64,000 nt of DNA from a virus (IMGVR_UViG_3300047550_006118:4536-68535), one strand, 5' to 3'; shown: positions 39,130-48,901, counted from the first letter of the stretch. Numbers and translations are program-made. Notes: generated by a model not told the origin, from the sequence alone.

Positions 39130-40152
39130 ATGCACAAGCTTCTCACCAGGGACCAGTTCAGGGAAGACGTGTTTGCCCGCGATCGCAATCTCTGCGTGAT
39201 CTGCGGTGCTACCGCGCAGGACGCCCACCACATCATAGAACGCAGGCTGTGGCCCGACGGCGGTTATTATCTGGCCAACGGTGCGTCCGTCTGCGGCCCC
39301 TGCCACCTTCGCTGCGAAAGCACCGAGATCTCGGTGGACGATGTCAGGCAGGCCGCCGGCATCACCAAGCCCGTGATCCCTCCGCACCTCTACCACGACG
39401 TCTCCTATGACAAGTGGGGCAACATCATCCTCGCCGACGGGCGGCGGCTGCGCGGCGAACTGTTCAATGACGCTAGCGTGCAGAAGGTGATCGCACCGGT
39501 GCTGCACCTGTTCACCGACCGCGTGAAGTATCCACGCACCCATCACCTGCCCTGGAGCCCAGGCATCACCGAGGATGATCGCGTGCTGCACGACATGTCG
39601 GTGTTCGAGGGCCGGCGCGTGATCGTCACGGAAAAGATGGATGGCGAGAACACCACCTGGTACAGGGACGGTACGCATGCCCGCAGCGTTGACGGACGGG
39701 GCCATCCCAGCCGTGACTGGTGCAAGAACCTTTGGGCAACCATCTCCGGTGAGATACCTGAGGGATGGCGCATCTGCGGCGAGAATCTCTATGCCAAGCA
39801 CTCGATCCGCTACGACGACCTTCCTACCTACTTCATGGGATTCTCCATCTGGAACGACAGGAACGAATGCCTTGGCTGGGATGACACCGTAGAGTGGTTC
39901 CAACTATTGGGAATAACATCAGTGCCGGTGATATACGACGGCATCTACGATGAAAACGCCATTAGATCACTGTATGATGTGCGGCGTGACTGGGAAACCA
40001 GGGAAGGTTACGTGCTGCGCACAGCAGACGGGTTCTCCTACGGGGATTTCAGGCGCTGCGTTGCCAAGTTCGTGAGACCAAACCACGTGGCGACCACCAA
40101 GCACTGGATGTTCGGACGCACCAACATCGAGACCAACGGGATGCGGAAATGA
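39130..40152 (+). CDS. HNH domain fused to an ATP-dependent RNA ligase domain
   Basis: N-terminal CVICG..AQDAHH...NGASVCGPCH; C-terminal KYPRT.HLPWS, TEKMDGEN (motif I), GEN, EGYVLR and AKFVR. Confidence 0.85.
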   Translation: MHKLLTRDQFREDVFARDRNLCVICGATAQDAHHIIERRLWPDGGYYLANGASVCGPCHLRCESTEISVDDVRQAAGITKPVIPPHLYHDVSYDKWGNIILADGRRLRGELFNDASVQKVIAPVLHLFTDRVKYPRTHHLPWSPGITEDDRVLHDMSVFEGRRVIVTEKMDGENTTWYRDGTHARSVDGRGHPSRDWCKNLWATISGEIPEGWRICGENLYAKHSIRYDDLPTYFMGFSIWNDRNECLGWDDTVEWFQLLGITSVPVIYDGIYDENAIRSLYDVRRDWETREGYVLRTADGFSYGDFRRCVAKFVRPNHVATTKHWMFGRTNIETNGMRK

Positions 40153-40367
40153 AGATCGGAAAGATTGAGATCAGTCCCAGCGGGATCGAGTTCGGCCGCG
40201 TCTACTATTTCTATTGGTGGAACTGGCTACCACCGAATGTTCGATACTGGGGTCCACAATGCATGTGGTATGATGGACCCCACAGATCGTTTGGATTTTG
40301 GTTCACCAATGTCTCGTGGAGCACGCCGTGGACGAAACTGAAAGAGGAAGACCTGCCACATGTATAG
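40149..40367 (+). CDS. hypothetical Trp-rich protein
   Basis: ATGA overlap; WYDGPH motif. Confidence 0.6.
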   Translation: MKIGKIEISPSGIEFGRVYYFYWWNWLPPNVRYWGPQCMWYDGPHRSFGFWFTNVSWSTPWTKLKEEDLPHV

Positions 40368-40704
40368 CATCGTAAGGGGATCGCTGCGGGATTTCCCGCT
40401 GAGGAACAACATCCATCGGGAAGGATGGTGGTGGCATTCGACCGGATCCCCTGAGGGATGGGAGTATGGGTACGCCCCCGAAGGACCTTTCATCAGCAAG
40501 GTCCATGCCACCCGGCACCTGCGCAACACCATGCGGCTCGCAAGGATCGCCGAGAAAACCGGCAGATGGCCTCGAATGCCCGACAACGCGGGGTGGGCCC
40601 CCGGCTGGGGCGGTCGTACCGGACGTCCAACCATGCGATCACTGCCGAGGACGAGATTTTTCGGGCGAAAGCTCAGGAACTACCTCAAGGAGATGGGACC
40701 GTGA
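40360..40704 (+). CDS. hypothetical protein
   Basis: Packed in the operon; GAGG RBS. Confidence 0.55.
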   Translation: MYSIVRGSLRDFPLRNNIHREGWWWHSTGSPEGWEYGYAPEGPFISKVHATRHLRNTMRLARIAEKTGRWPRMPDNAGWAPGWGGRTGRPTMRSLPRTRFFGRKLRNYLKEMGP

Positions 40705-41042
40705 TATTTTTCAAGCTACGCATCGCCAATCCCTGGTTCGAGCCGGATGTTGATTTCAACAGCCGTGACTATTACTGGAGCGATCGCAAGCTCTCCACCA
40801 ACAAAAACCTGGAGATACAGATCAGCAAATTCGAGGCCACGGATCTGATCGATTTCGGTCTCGATCTGCGATGGTGGGGGCATGATCATGCCGGGCCCGA
40901 GCTAGACATCAACGTCCTTGGCTACATGTTCAACATCAAGATCTATGATAGCCGCCATTGGAACTGGAATGCCAACCGCTGGCAGACCAAAGAGGAGGCC
41001 AAGGCAGAGGCCGAGGAATGGGAACGGGAGAGAAACAAATGA
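40701..41042 (+). CDS. hypothetical protein
   Basis: GTGA overlap start with AGGAG RBS; DHAG...YD.RHW motif. Confidence 0.65.
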   Translation: MIFFKLRIANPWFEPDVDFNSRDYYWSDRKLSTNKNLEIQISKFEATDLIDFGLDLRWWGHDHAGPELDINVLGYMFNIKIYDSRHWNWNANRWQTKEEAKAEAEEWERERNK

Positions 41043-41102
41043 TTAGATCAAAAGGAAAGGGGCTTGCGCCCCTTTCCCATCGTGCGTGTGATCTTGAAGT
41101 GA

Positions 41103-41279
41103 TCACTTCTTGGCCGGAGCCGACACCAGGTTTTCCATCCCAGGGACCATCTTGAACAGGCCACGGCTGAACTCGACGTAGTCCTGGAACAGCTTGGTGT
41201 TGAACTCGGTGATCTTCTTACCGGTCGTGATGGCATAGTTGGTGTAGGCCTGACCGATTTCCTTGTAGACGTTTTCCAT
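41103..41279 (-). CDS. 58-aa amphipathic (phasin-like) protein, absent from the ORF track
   Basis: MENVYKEIGQAYTNYAITTGKKITEFNTKLFQDYVEFSRGLFKMVPGMENLVSAPAKK*; GAGG RBS. Confidence 0.65.
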   Translation of the reverse strand: MENVYKEIGQAYTNYAITTGKKITEFNTKLFQDYVEFSRGLFKMVPGMENLVSAPAKK

Positions 41280-41280
41280 G

Positions 41281-41445
41281 TTATGTTCCTCTCAGGTTGT
41301 TGTGGGTGTGTTTGTCGAACATGATCCTCTTGAGCCTTCCCTCAAAATCCACGATGTCCTTCGACTGGCTCAGATAATGCTCCTCGGCGCTCATGTTGAA
41401 GGTCTTCCACCATCTGGTGACCATGTTTTTGATGTACGATACCAT
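41281..41445 (-). CDS. 54-aa protein resembling DUF3563, absent from the ORF track
   Basis: EEHYLSQSKDIVDFEGRLKRI motif; GAGGAG RBS; late promoter at 41474-41481 (-). Confidence 0.65.
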   Translation of the reverse strand: MVSYIKNMVTRWWKTFNMSAEEHYLSQSKDIVDFEGRLKRIMFDKHTHNNLRGT

Positions 41446-41553
41446 CTTCCATCTCCTCTATCTCTCTTGCTCGTATTTATACGAGTTTATGCTGCGGTGC
41501 AACATAGGAAACCGTGCGATTAAGAGCATGGCAGATATAACTTGATCGCGTGG

Positions 41554-41940
41554 CTATCGTTTCTTGGTCCTGCGAAGGATGATGCGATATGATCCGAAAT
41601 CCCCCGTTGAATCCATTATCGGCCGGCAGGATGATACCAATCCGGTTAGCTCGCACCAGCTTGGCAATTCCGACCTGATGTTTCCTCGCCGACCGGTTAT
41701 TATGACGAGGGATCTCGTACCGATACCATGGTGCTTTTCCAGGAAATACCTGGTAGCCCGGTATGCGGCATCCAAGGTCAATCCATGGAGATCCAGACCT
41801 CTACTGGTAGCACCATGCTTGGGAATCGCCGGTCTGGATGCCGGGATTGCGGGCAGGGATACCAGCCCCTTGGTGTATCGATCCCAGAGGTCGAGGTCTT
41901 CCTTGGTCAGGCCTCGATTTTCTTTCCTGTTTCCATGCAT
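41554..41940 (-). CDS. stand-alone Smr-domain endonuclease
   Basis: EDLDLW N-terminus; LDLHGLTLDAAY, IITGRRG and GSYRIILRR. Confidence 0.85.
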   Translation of the reverse strand: MHGNRKENRGLTKEDLDLWDRYTKGLVSLPAIPASRPAIPKHGATSRGLDLHGLTLDAAYRATRYFLEKHHGIGTRSLVIITGRRGNIRSELPSWCELTGLVSSCRPIMDSTGDFGSYRIILRRTKKR

Positions 41941-41991
41941 GGGTTCGTTATAAGTATCGTATCATGCATAGGTCAACCGAAGAGGATAATC

Positions 41992-42441
41992 GTGGCCCAT
42001 TACATCAGCACAAAGACATTCGACCATAACGACGGTCTGTATTGCTCGTATCGGAAATGGAATTCCAAGACCGATAAGAAATTCATCCATGGCCATTTGC
42101 TACAGATCAAGATGGTATTTTCATGCGTCGATCTGTCCGAGGACGGACAGGTGCTTGATCTTGATGATCTGGGAGAAATACGATCGTGGATCAAGGACAT
42201 TTTTGGACACACCATTTGCATCGCCCTTGATGACCCGTATCGTGACGTGTTCTCACATCTGGAAACCGCCCGGCTGGCCAAGATACGTTACCTGGATGGG
42301 GTTGGATGCGAGAACTTTGCCCGGATAATATGGTACAAGATCGATAAGTGGCTGGAAGAAACCGAGCGCAAGCCGCGTGTCTTCATCCGAACGGTGGAGG
42401 TGATCGAAAGCCCGGGGCACAGCGGTTTCTACATCGGCTGA
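41992..42441 (+). CDS. 6-pyruvoyl-tetrahydropterin synthase / QueD-like protein
   Basis: YISTKTF, IHGH, FGHT...DDP, GCENFA and VEVIE; GTG start. Confidence 0.75.
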   Translation: MAHYISTKTFDHNDGLYCSYRKWNSKTDKKFIHGHLLQIKMVFSCVDLSEDGQVLDLDDLGEIRSWIKDIFGHTICIALDDPYRDVFSHLETARLAKIRYLDGVGCENFARIIWYKIDKWLEETERKPRVFIRTVEVIESPGHSGFYIG

Positions 42442-42686
42442 GATTGCTCTGATCGAATAACTCGTATATATAAACGATGTGTGTTTGGGGTGGCGGCCCT
42501 GTCCAGCCACCTTGGTTCTGTTGCGTGTTTGACTCGCGCGGCTGGACCTAAATATCAAATCGCGCCTACTCTTACGGGAAAACGGCGTTTGTGACGGATA
42601 ACTTCTTATCTGTCAAAGGCTTAGCACAACTAGCGTTGACTTCGCGCATCTAAGCCTATAAAACGATGAAAAGGAGAGCACGGAGA

Positions 42687-43241
42687 ATGCGAGTCAGATA
42701 TCTTGTCTTATTGCTAGGGTTGTTAACCGCCGGGGTTGCCCAAGCGCAAAACGCCACGGAAGTCCGCGCGGACTATCGTGCCGTTCCAAGCCTGAGGCAG
42801 CATCTGCCGATCAACATACCCGAGGCACAGGGACTCGATAGAGAGTCGCTGAATGATCTCGAATGCTTGGCATGGAATCTATACTTTGAGGCCCGCGGTG
42901 GCGTTGTTGCCGAGCAGGTCGCCGTCGCGTGGGTACCGATCAATCGACTAAACGATTCGAACTTTTCCAGAAACATCTGCACCAACGTCTTCCAATATGG
43001 ATGGGCAGGCGGGAGGCGGCAGTACCAGTTCAGCTGGGCCGGCATAGTTCGAGGTCCGCGATGGCGCAGGGAGGATGACGCATGGACGAACGTCCAGATG
43101 ATCGCTCTCAGGGTTTATCGGCGAGAGCTAGCCGATACCGCCAACGGGTCTACCTACTTCCATAACGCCAACTTGGTACCCGGATGGGCACCAAGGTCCC
43201 GGAAGATCCGGCTGGGCTCACATGTGTTTTGGCGCATGTGA
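42687..43241 (+). CDS. SleB-like cell wall hydrolase (Hydrolase_2) with signal peptide
   Basis: CLAWNLYFEARG, QFSW, GSTYFH and GSHVF. Confidence 0.9.
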   Translation: MRVRYLVLLLGLLTAGVAQAQNATEVRADYRAVPSLRQHLPINIPEAQGLDRESLNDLECLAWNLYFEARGGVVAEQVAVAWVPINRLNDSNFSRNICTNVFQYGWAGGRRQYQFSWAGIVRGPRWRREDDAWTNVQMIALRVYRRELADTANGSTYFHNANLVPGWAPRSRKIRLGSHVFWRM

Positions 43242-43301
43242 TCCCGATTGACCGATGATGGCATTCATGCTAAAATGCATGGAACCAATCGGAGAACCGC
43301 G

Positions 43302-44132
43302 ATGAGATTCCTCTTAATGTCTGACGTCCATGTTGATATGTCCCACTGGGACTGGTCGTGCCTCGATGGCGTGCCGTCGGACGTCAACGTGGCCGTGGTT
43401 GCTGGAGACGTCAGCAACGATGTGTGGCAGACCAGCCGCTGGCTGGTTGACCTCAAGAAGAGGTTTGATACCGTCGTCTGGGTCGCCGGGAACCATGATT
43501 TTTACAACATCGGGTTCCACCAGACCAGGTTATATGACCCGGAATGGTCAAAGGCCTGGCCATATCCGTCCGACGTGGCGGAGATGTATGGCCACTACCA
43601 ACGATGGAGCGATGCCAACGGTATCACGTTCCTCCATCGTCGCGCTGAGCTGATCAACGGGGTTAGGTTCATCGGTGCCACCGGATGGCATGATTTCCGG
43701 GGAGGTGAACCATACAGCACCGAGGACCAGATCAAGGTCTGGTACGACTGCCTCAATGACACCCGCATCAACTGGCAAAAGGGTCTCCTGCAACCGGACC
43801 ATCTCAAGCCGATGGATGCCGGGCTGCGTGACTGGGAGGCGATCAGCAATCTGGTCCGCGGTTCCAGCGAACCGATGGTGGTGATCACCCATCACATACC
43901 ACATCGTCGCTTCCTGTGGCAAAAACCACATGATCGGATATGGACCATGCTGCATGGCAGCTTCGTCAACACCAGGATGGAAAGCATCGTCGATCCAAAC
44001 ATCAAGTATTGGCTCTACGGGCATACCCACCAACGAGGGATGATGGACATCGGCAGCACGACCTACGTGTGCAATGCCAAGGGTTACCAGGGCGAAAACC
44101 CAAGATGGGAACCGCTGATCCTCGAGGTGTAA
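43302..44132 (+). CDS. calcineurin-like metallophosphoesterase
   Basis: SDVH, AGD, GNHD, THH and GHTH motifs. Confidence 0.92.
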   Translation: MRFLLMSDVHVDMSHWDWSCLDGVPSDVNVAVVAGDVSNDVWQTSRWLVDLKKRFDTVVWVAGNHDFYNIGFHQTRLYDPEWSKAWPYPSDVAEMYGHYQRWSDANGITFLHRRAELINGVRFIGATGWHDFRGGEPYSTEDQIKVWYDCLNDTRINWQKGLLQPDHLKPMDAGLRDWEAISNLVRGSSEPMVVITHHIPHRRFLWQKPHDRIWTMLHGSFVNTRMESIVDPNIKYWLYGHTHQRGMMDIGSTTYVCNAKGYQGENPRWEPLILEV

Positions 44133-44202
44133 AAACCGATATAGCTAGCAGATTGGTGCTCCCCTGCATAAATAATGGAAAATCGCATGCAGGGGACACC
44201 AC

Positions 44203-45345
44203 ATGACCTTCTCACTTAATCCAACCTACTACCAGGTAACCTGGACCGCCAACGGTCCGACCAACTACACGGGACTGACAGGAACGGCCAACGGTGGCCT
44301 TGATCCGGTCACTGCCTGGGGTATCAATCGATTGATCAGCGTCACCGGTGTTTCCCCCGTCACGGGCACGCCGATGGCTGATGGCGAGACCATCCTGATC
44401 AACGATTATGCGGTGTCTTTCCTGTCATCGGACGCCCTTGCTGACATCATCAACAAGATCAACCTTGCTGCCAAGTTCACCGGGGTCGTTGCCGATCAAA
44501 GCGTGGCCGGCACCTACATCACCCTGATGAACGCACCAGGAAAGGAAGGATATCCGTTCAGCCTTGCCGAGGGCAATGGAACGGCCCTGTTGACAAAGCT
44601 TGGGATCCAGCCAGGGGCATACAGCTATTATCCGAGCGAGGTCGGAACGGCATTTACCTCCGTTACCACCGATTCCAACATCACCATCAACGGCGTGAAC
44701 ATAGTTTTCACCTCCGGCGACGTTGCTAGCGCGGCAAACCAGATCAATGCAAAGAGCGATTACACCGGAGTCGCCGCGTCCATTGCCGGGCCGTACCTGC
44801 AGATATCCGCAGTTTCTGGACAACCCTGGTCAATCAACAGCGGTAACGCCGTATCAAACCTAGGAACCACCCTTGGAAATCATGGTGGTTATCCAACGAC
44901 CATCGAATTCAGCCAGGCAAAGGAACGTGCCAACATGCGATGGTCGCAGATGGTATCCGAGCTGGAGGAGAACGCCACTCCGATACTGCTGGGCAACATC
45001 ACGAGGACCGGCAACATTTCCAACGTCGAGACCACGTCCGTGACGTTCACCGTTGGATATGACAGGCCAGACACCGTTTACACCGTTGCCCGTTCCGGAG
45101 AGCCGGATGTCGGCAACCTCCTCGTTGGTGCCGGCGCCGTCAAGAGGGCCGTGGCCAGGGCACTGACCTCCGTCATCACCGGCAATCGAAAGCTGTTCGA
45201 TCCAACCCTGCAGAGCTATGGAGCATACTGCGATAGGCCAAATGCCGCGAGAATACAGCAGATAACGGCTACTGGCCTTGACACCGTTGAAAATGTCACT
45301 ATAGTCGAGGACAATCTAACCGTGATACAGATCGCGGGAGTTTAA
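44203..45345 (+). CDS. probable virion structural protein
   Basis: Late promoter at 44168; Thr/Asn/Gly-rich with repeated I.IN...IN..GV.A modules. Confidence 0.7.
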   Translation: MTFSLNPTYYQVTWTANGPTNYTGLTGTANGGLDPVTAWGINRLISVTGVSPVTGTPMADGETILINDYAVSFLSSDALADIINKINLAAKFTGVVADQSVAGTYITLMNAPGKEGYPFSLAEGNGTALLTKLGIQPGAYSYYPSEVGTAFTSVTTDSNITINGVNIVFTSGDVASAANQINAKSDYTGVAASIAGPYLQISAVSGQPWSINSGNAVSNLGTTLGNHGGYPTTIEFSQAKERANMRWSQMVSELEENATPILLGNITRTGNISNVETTSVTFTVGYDRPDTVYTVARSGEPDVGNLLVGAGAVKRAVARALTSVITGNRKLFDPTLQSYGAYCDRPNAARIQQITATGLDTVENVTIVEDNLTVIQIAGV

Positions 45346-45362
45346 CCAAAAGGAACAAGGTT

Positions 45363-45773
45363 TTGAAGCCCAGCGCACACCTCCATCTGTTGATCACCGC
45401 AAGCATAACGGACCCTCCTGGTCCGGAAGACTGTGAAAAAATCAACGAATTCATGCGCGGGATGGTCGAGCATGTTCGAATGAAGGTCATGCTCGAACCA
45501 ATGTCGGCATGGTGCGACGAGCCTGGTAACGAGGGCATTACCTCCACGGTGATCCTGACCACCAGCCATTGCGCCATGCACATCTGGAATCTGCCAGAAC
45601 CGGAACTGAGCATCATGCAGTTCGATCTCTATAGCTGCGCCCCGTTCGAGGTGATGGAGGTGTTCGACTACATCAACCGACACTTCAAAGTCCATAACGC
45701 ATCATACAAGTTCATCGATCGAGAAAACGAGTTGCAGGAGATCAGCAAGGGCGCATACAGAAGGGTGGTTTGA
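45363..45773 (+). CDS. speD: S-adenosylmethionine decarboxylase proenzyme
   Basis: G(I)T..VILTTSHCAMH.W and DLYSC; TSH in place of the usual ESH cleavage site. Confidence 0.85.
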   Translation: MKPSAHLHLLITASITDPPGPEDCEKINEFMRGMVEHVRMKVMLEPMSAWCDEPGNEGITSTVILTTSHCAMHIWNLPEPELSIMQFDLYSCAPFEVMEVFDYINRHFKVHNASYKFIDRENELQEISKGAYRRVV

Positions 45774-47041
45774 TGAGTATAGGAACCCTGCTATTTGCCT
45801 GTGCCCTAGCACTAAGCGCAACAGCCGCTTACTACAGCATCGTCGGCCTTGCAACGATATTTTCCAGCGCGTTCTTGCCGGTGGTGATCATGGCAGGAAT
45901 ACTGGAGATCAGCAAGCTGGTGGTGGCGAGCTGGCTTTACCATAAATGGGATTCCATATCCGGTGCGATCAAGGTTTACCTGACATCGGCGGTGATCATA
46001 CTGATGATGATCACCAGCCTTGGAATTTTCGGATTTTTAAGCAAGGCCCACGTTGAACAAAATCTCAATAACACCTCGTTGCGCCTGCGGATCGAGCAGG
46101 TAGATTACCAGATATCCCAGATCAATACCGTGATACAGCGGTACCAGACGCAACTAGAACAGCTCGATCGATCCATCAACATCCAGCTTGATGCCAACCG
46201 GGCCAACCAGGCCCTGGCCTCAAGGCAACGGCAAACGGTCGAGCGGGATCAAATCAGGCAACGGTTGGATGCCGAGCAGCAAAAATTGCAAGAGCTCAAC
46301 CAACAACGGACCTCCATCAAGCAGCAGGTTAGCACCATAGAAAGCGAGGTTGGTCCGATACGTTACGTCGCCGAATTCTTTGCCAGCGGTCAGGAGGTCG
46401 ACATGGAGAAATCCGTGAGATGGATGATCGTGGTGTTGGTCGTCGTGTTTGACCCCTTGGCGGTCCTGATGCTCATAGCAGCTAACATGAGCATGGAAAG
46501 ATCAGCCTCGAGGAAAAGGAACGAGGCCGAGGAAGCGGTACCGGTACCGCAGATGATATCCATCGGTACCATGATGTATGATCAAACATCTGGCGTCCAT
46601 CGATGGTGGAACGGTGATTCGTGGTCAACATTGGATCCTCCATCCGCCCCAGCGTCCGCACCAATACCAATACCAGTACCCGCACCACAGTTGGTTGATA
46701 CGGCTGCCATTTTTGATTCCGTCAAGGAGGTAAAGGAGGTAAAGGAGGCGATGGAAGGGTTGGGATCCGTGGACGTCGATACCATCAAGAAAATCATCCA
46801 AGACAGCATGGATGAATGGTTGACGAAGACCTCTGATGAACCACAAGCTAAAGAATCCAATCATACCGAGGAACCATTGCCTTCGATAGAAACCGTTCCC
46901 GCATCAGCATCGATCGAATCTCCTGATCGAGGATCGCCCAAAGATGAGGAAAACACGAACGTTCCAAAGGATGCGCCGCCACCAAACAGTGCAAACGATC
47001 AGAAACCGAACCATGTTCGGCCGCCATCGTGGATTGAATGA
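45770..47041 (+). CDS. membrane protein with coiled coil and low-complexity tail
   Basis: N-terminal TM helices (AAYYSIVGL, GIFGFLSKAH), Q-rich coil, EVGPIRYVAE and VFDPLAV. Confidence 0.75.
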   Translation: MMSIGTLLFACALALSATAAYYSIVGLATIFSSAFLPVVIMAGILEISKLVVASWLYHKWDSISGAIKVYLTSAVIILMMITSLGIFGFLSKAHVEQNLNNTSLRLRIEQVDYQISQINTVIQRYQTQLEQLDRSINIQLDANRANQALASRQRQTVERDQIRQRLDAEQQKLQELNQQRTSIKQQVSTIESEVGPIRYVAEFFASGQEVDMEKSVRWMIVVLVVVFDPLAVLMLIAANMSMERSASRKRNEAEEAVPVPQMISIGTMMYDQTSGVHRWWNGDSWSTLDPPSAPASAPIPIPVPAPQLVDTAAIFDSVKEVKEVKEAMEGLGSVDVDTIKKIIQDSMDEWLTKTSDEPQAKESNHTEEPLPSIETVPASASIESPDRGSPKDEENTNVPKDAPPPNSANDQKPNHVRPPSWIE

Positions 47042-47084
47042 ATCCGCATAACCGCCAACAACCCCATCAAGGATGCTCGGTCAC

Positions 47085-48326
47085 ATGACCACCAAGATCT
47101 ATCATCAGTGCAGCTTTTGTGACAAGAATCAGCAGCAGGCCAAGAAACTGGTAGCCGGTAACGATGTCTACATCTGCGATGAGTGCATCACCCTTTGTTA
47201 CGAGATCATCAAGCAGGATGCTCCGAAGGTCATATCGGAAAAGGACATCGTACCAAGCAAGATCAAGGCACGGCTGGATGAATACGTGATCGGACAGGAC
47301 AACGCCAAGCGCCGCTTAGCCGTTGCGGTGTACAACCACGTCAAGAGGATAAACAATCCGATCGTGGACGGCGTCGAGATCGACAAGAGCAACATGCTGT
47401 TCATCGGCGGCAGTGGCACCGGCAAGACCTATACCATCCAGAACATCGCAAAGATCATGAACCTTCCGTTCGCCATCGTTGATGCGACAAGCCTAACGGA
47501 AAGCGGATACGTTGGTCTGGATGTCGAGGATGCCATCACCAAGCTGTACCATGCGGCCGAGATGGACATCTCTAAGACCGAGCGCGGGATAGTCTACATC
47601 GACGAGATCGACAAGAAGGGCAGGAAGAGCGAAAACACCTCCGTCACCAGGGACGTGAGCGGCGAGGGTGTGCAGCAAGCCCTGTTGAAGATGATCGAGG
47701 GATGTGAGGTCAAGATCCCACCCGGCGGTGGCCGCAAGAATCCAAACGGGGAATTTGTTACGGTCAACACCAAGAACATCCTGTTCATCGTCGGTGGCGC
47801 GTTCGAGGGGCTGGACCGCATAATTGAGGCCAGGCAGGACGAGGGGGAGACCGGCATCGGATTCGGTGCCAAGGTCAAGGACCGGTCCTCCAAAAAGAAG
47901 AACCATGATCTGATCAAGGATGTTAGGAGCGAGGATCTCGTCAAGTTTGGCATCATACCGGAGATGATCGGCAGGTTACCCATCATCGTGACCTTTGAGG
48001 ACCTTGACGAGGAAGCGCTGATCCGCGTGCTGACCGAACCAAAAAATGCCATATTGAAGCAGTTCCAAAAGATGTTCAAGCTCGATGGCATTAATCTCGA
48101 GTTCAGCCATGATAGCCTCAAGGCCATTGCCGCGCTAGCCATGGCAAGGAAGACCGGCGCCAGGGGGTTGAGAAGCATCGTGGAAAACATATTGCTCGGG
48201 GTACAGTTCGAGCTACCAAATCTCGCCAAGCAGGGCGTGAAGAAAATCTGCATAACAAAGGAGACGGTGGAAAACATGAGTGAACCATTAAAGGTCTATG
48301 ATCTTGAGCATGGAGCCGCATCTTGA
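47085..48326 (+). CDS. clpX: ATP-dependent Clp protease ATP-binding subunit ClpX
   Basis: CSFC Zn domain, Walker [32 protein letters not shown] loop and TGARGLR. Confidence 0.96.
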   Translation: MTTKIYHQCSFCDKNQQQAKKLVAGNDVYICDECITLCYEIIKQDAPKVISEKDIVPSKIKARLDEYVIGQDNAKRRLAVAVYNHVKRINNPIVDGVEIDKSNMLFIGGSGTGKTYTIQNIAKIMNLPFAIVDATSLTESGYVGLDVEDAITKLYHAAEMDISKTERGIVYIDEIDKKGRKSENTSVTRDVSGEGVQQALLKMIEGCEVKIPPGGGRKNPNGEFVTVNTKNILFIVGGAFEGLDRIIEARQDEGETGIGFGAKVKDRSSKKKNHDLIKDVRSEDLVKFGIIPEMIGRLPIIVTFEDLDEEALIRVLTEPKNAILKQFQKMFKLDGINLEFSHDSLKAIAALAMARKTGARGLRSIVENILLGVQFELPNLAKQGVKKICITKETVENMSEPLKVYDLEHGAAS

Positions 48327-48901
48327 GCGGTAGTTGGCAACAGAGGGACCGGCGAGGACCCCGACGTCCGGAAGATCCGATCAAGGACAGCATCGTGAGC
48401 AACGAGCGAATCCGCCATCCAGAAGTCCGGGTCATAGGGGAGGACGGTTCCCAGCTCGGGATCATGCAGACCAGGCAAGCACTGTGGACGGCGCGGGATC
48501 AGGGCATGGACCTGATCGAGATCACCGCCGACGCTAAGCCGCCGGTGGTACGCATCGTGGATCTGAACAAGTGGATTTACAACCTGCGGCGGGCCAAGAA
48601 GGAGCAGGATCGAAAGGCGAGAGAAAACGCCACGATCATCAAGGAGATACAGCTCAGGCCCGTGACGGACAAGCATGACATCGAGGTCAAGCAGGAACAT
48701 GCCAAGGAATTCCTGGCCGATTCCGCCAAGGTCAAGGTGGTCATCAAGTTCCGTGGCCGAGAGCTAGCGTTTGCCCAGAAGGGATTTGAGATCATGGAGA
48801 CCTTCATCAGCGGCATCGGTCCGTGCAAGATCGAAAAAGCACCGGAAATGAACGGCCGAATGCTGATGGCGATATTGGCACCACAGTCAAAGAAAGCTTG
48901 A
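48323..48901 (+). CDS. infC: translation initiation factor IF-3
   Basis: NERI...EVRVI, DLIEI...KPPV, KEIQLRP and FRGRE; non-ATG start. Confidence 0.93.
   Translation: MSGSWQQRDRRGPRRPEDPIKDSIVSNERIRHPEVRVIGEDGSQLGIMQTRQALWTARDQGMDLIEITADAKPPVVRIVDLNKWIYNLRRAKKEQDRKARENATIIKEIQLRPVTDKHDIEVKQEHAKEFLADSAKVKVVIKFRGRELAFAQKGFEIMETFISGIGPCKIEKAPEMNGRMLMAILAPQSKKA

Noticed and set aside
46723-46750. AAGGAGGT triple repeat
   Set aside because: Short coding microrepeat (KEVKEVKE) in a low-complexity protein tail.
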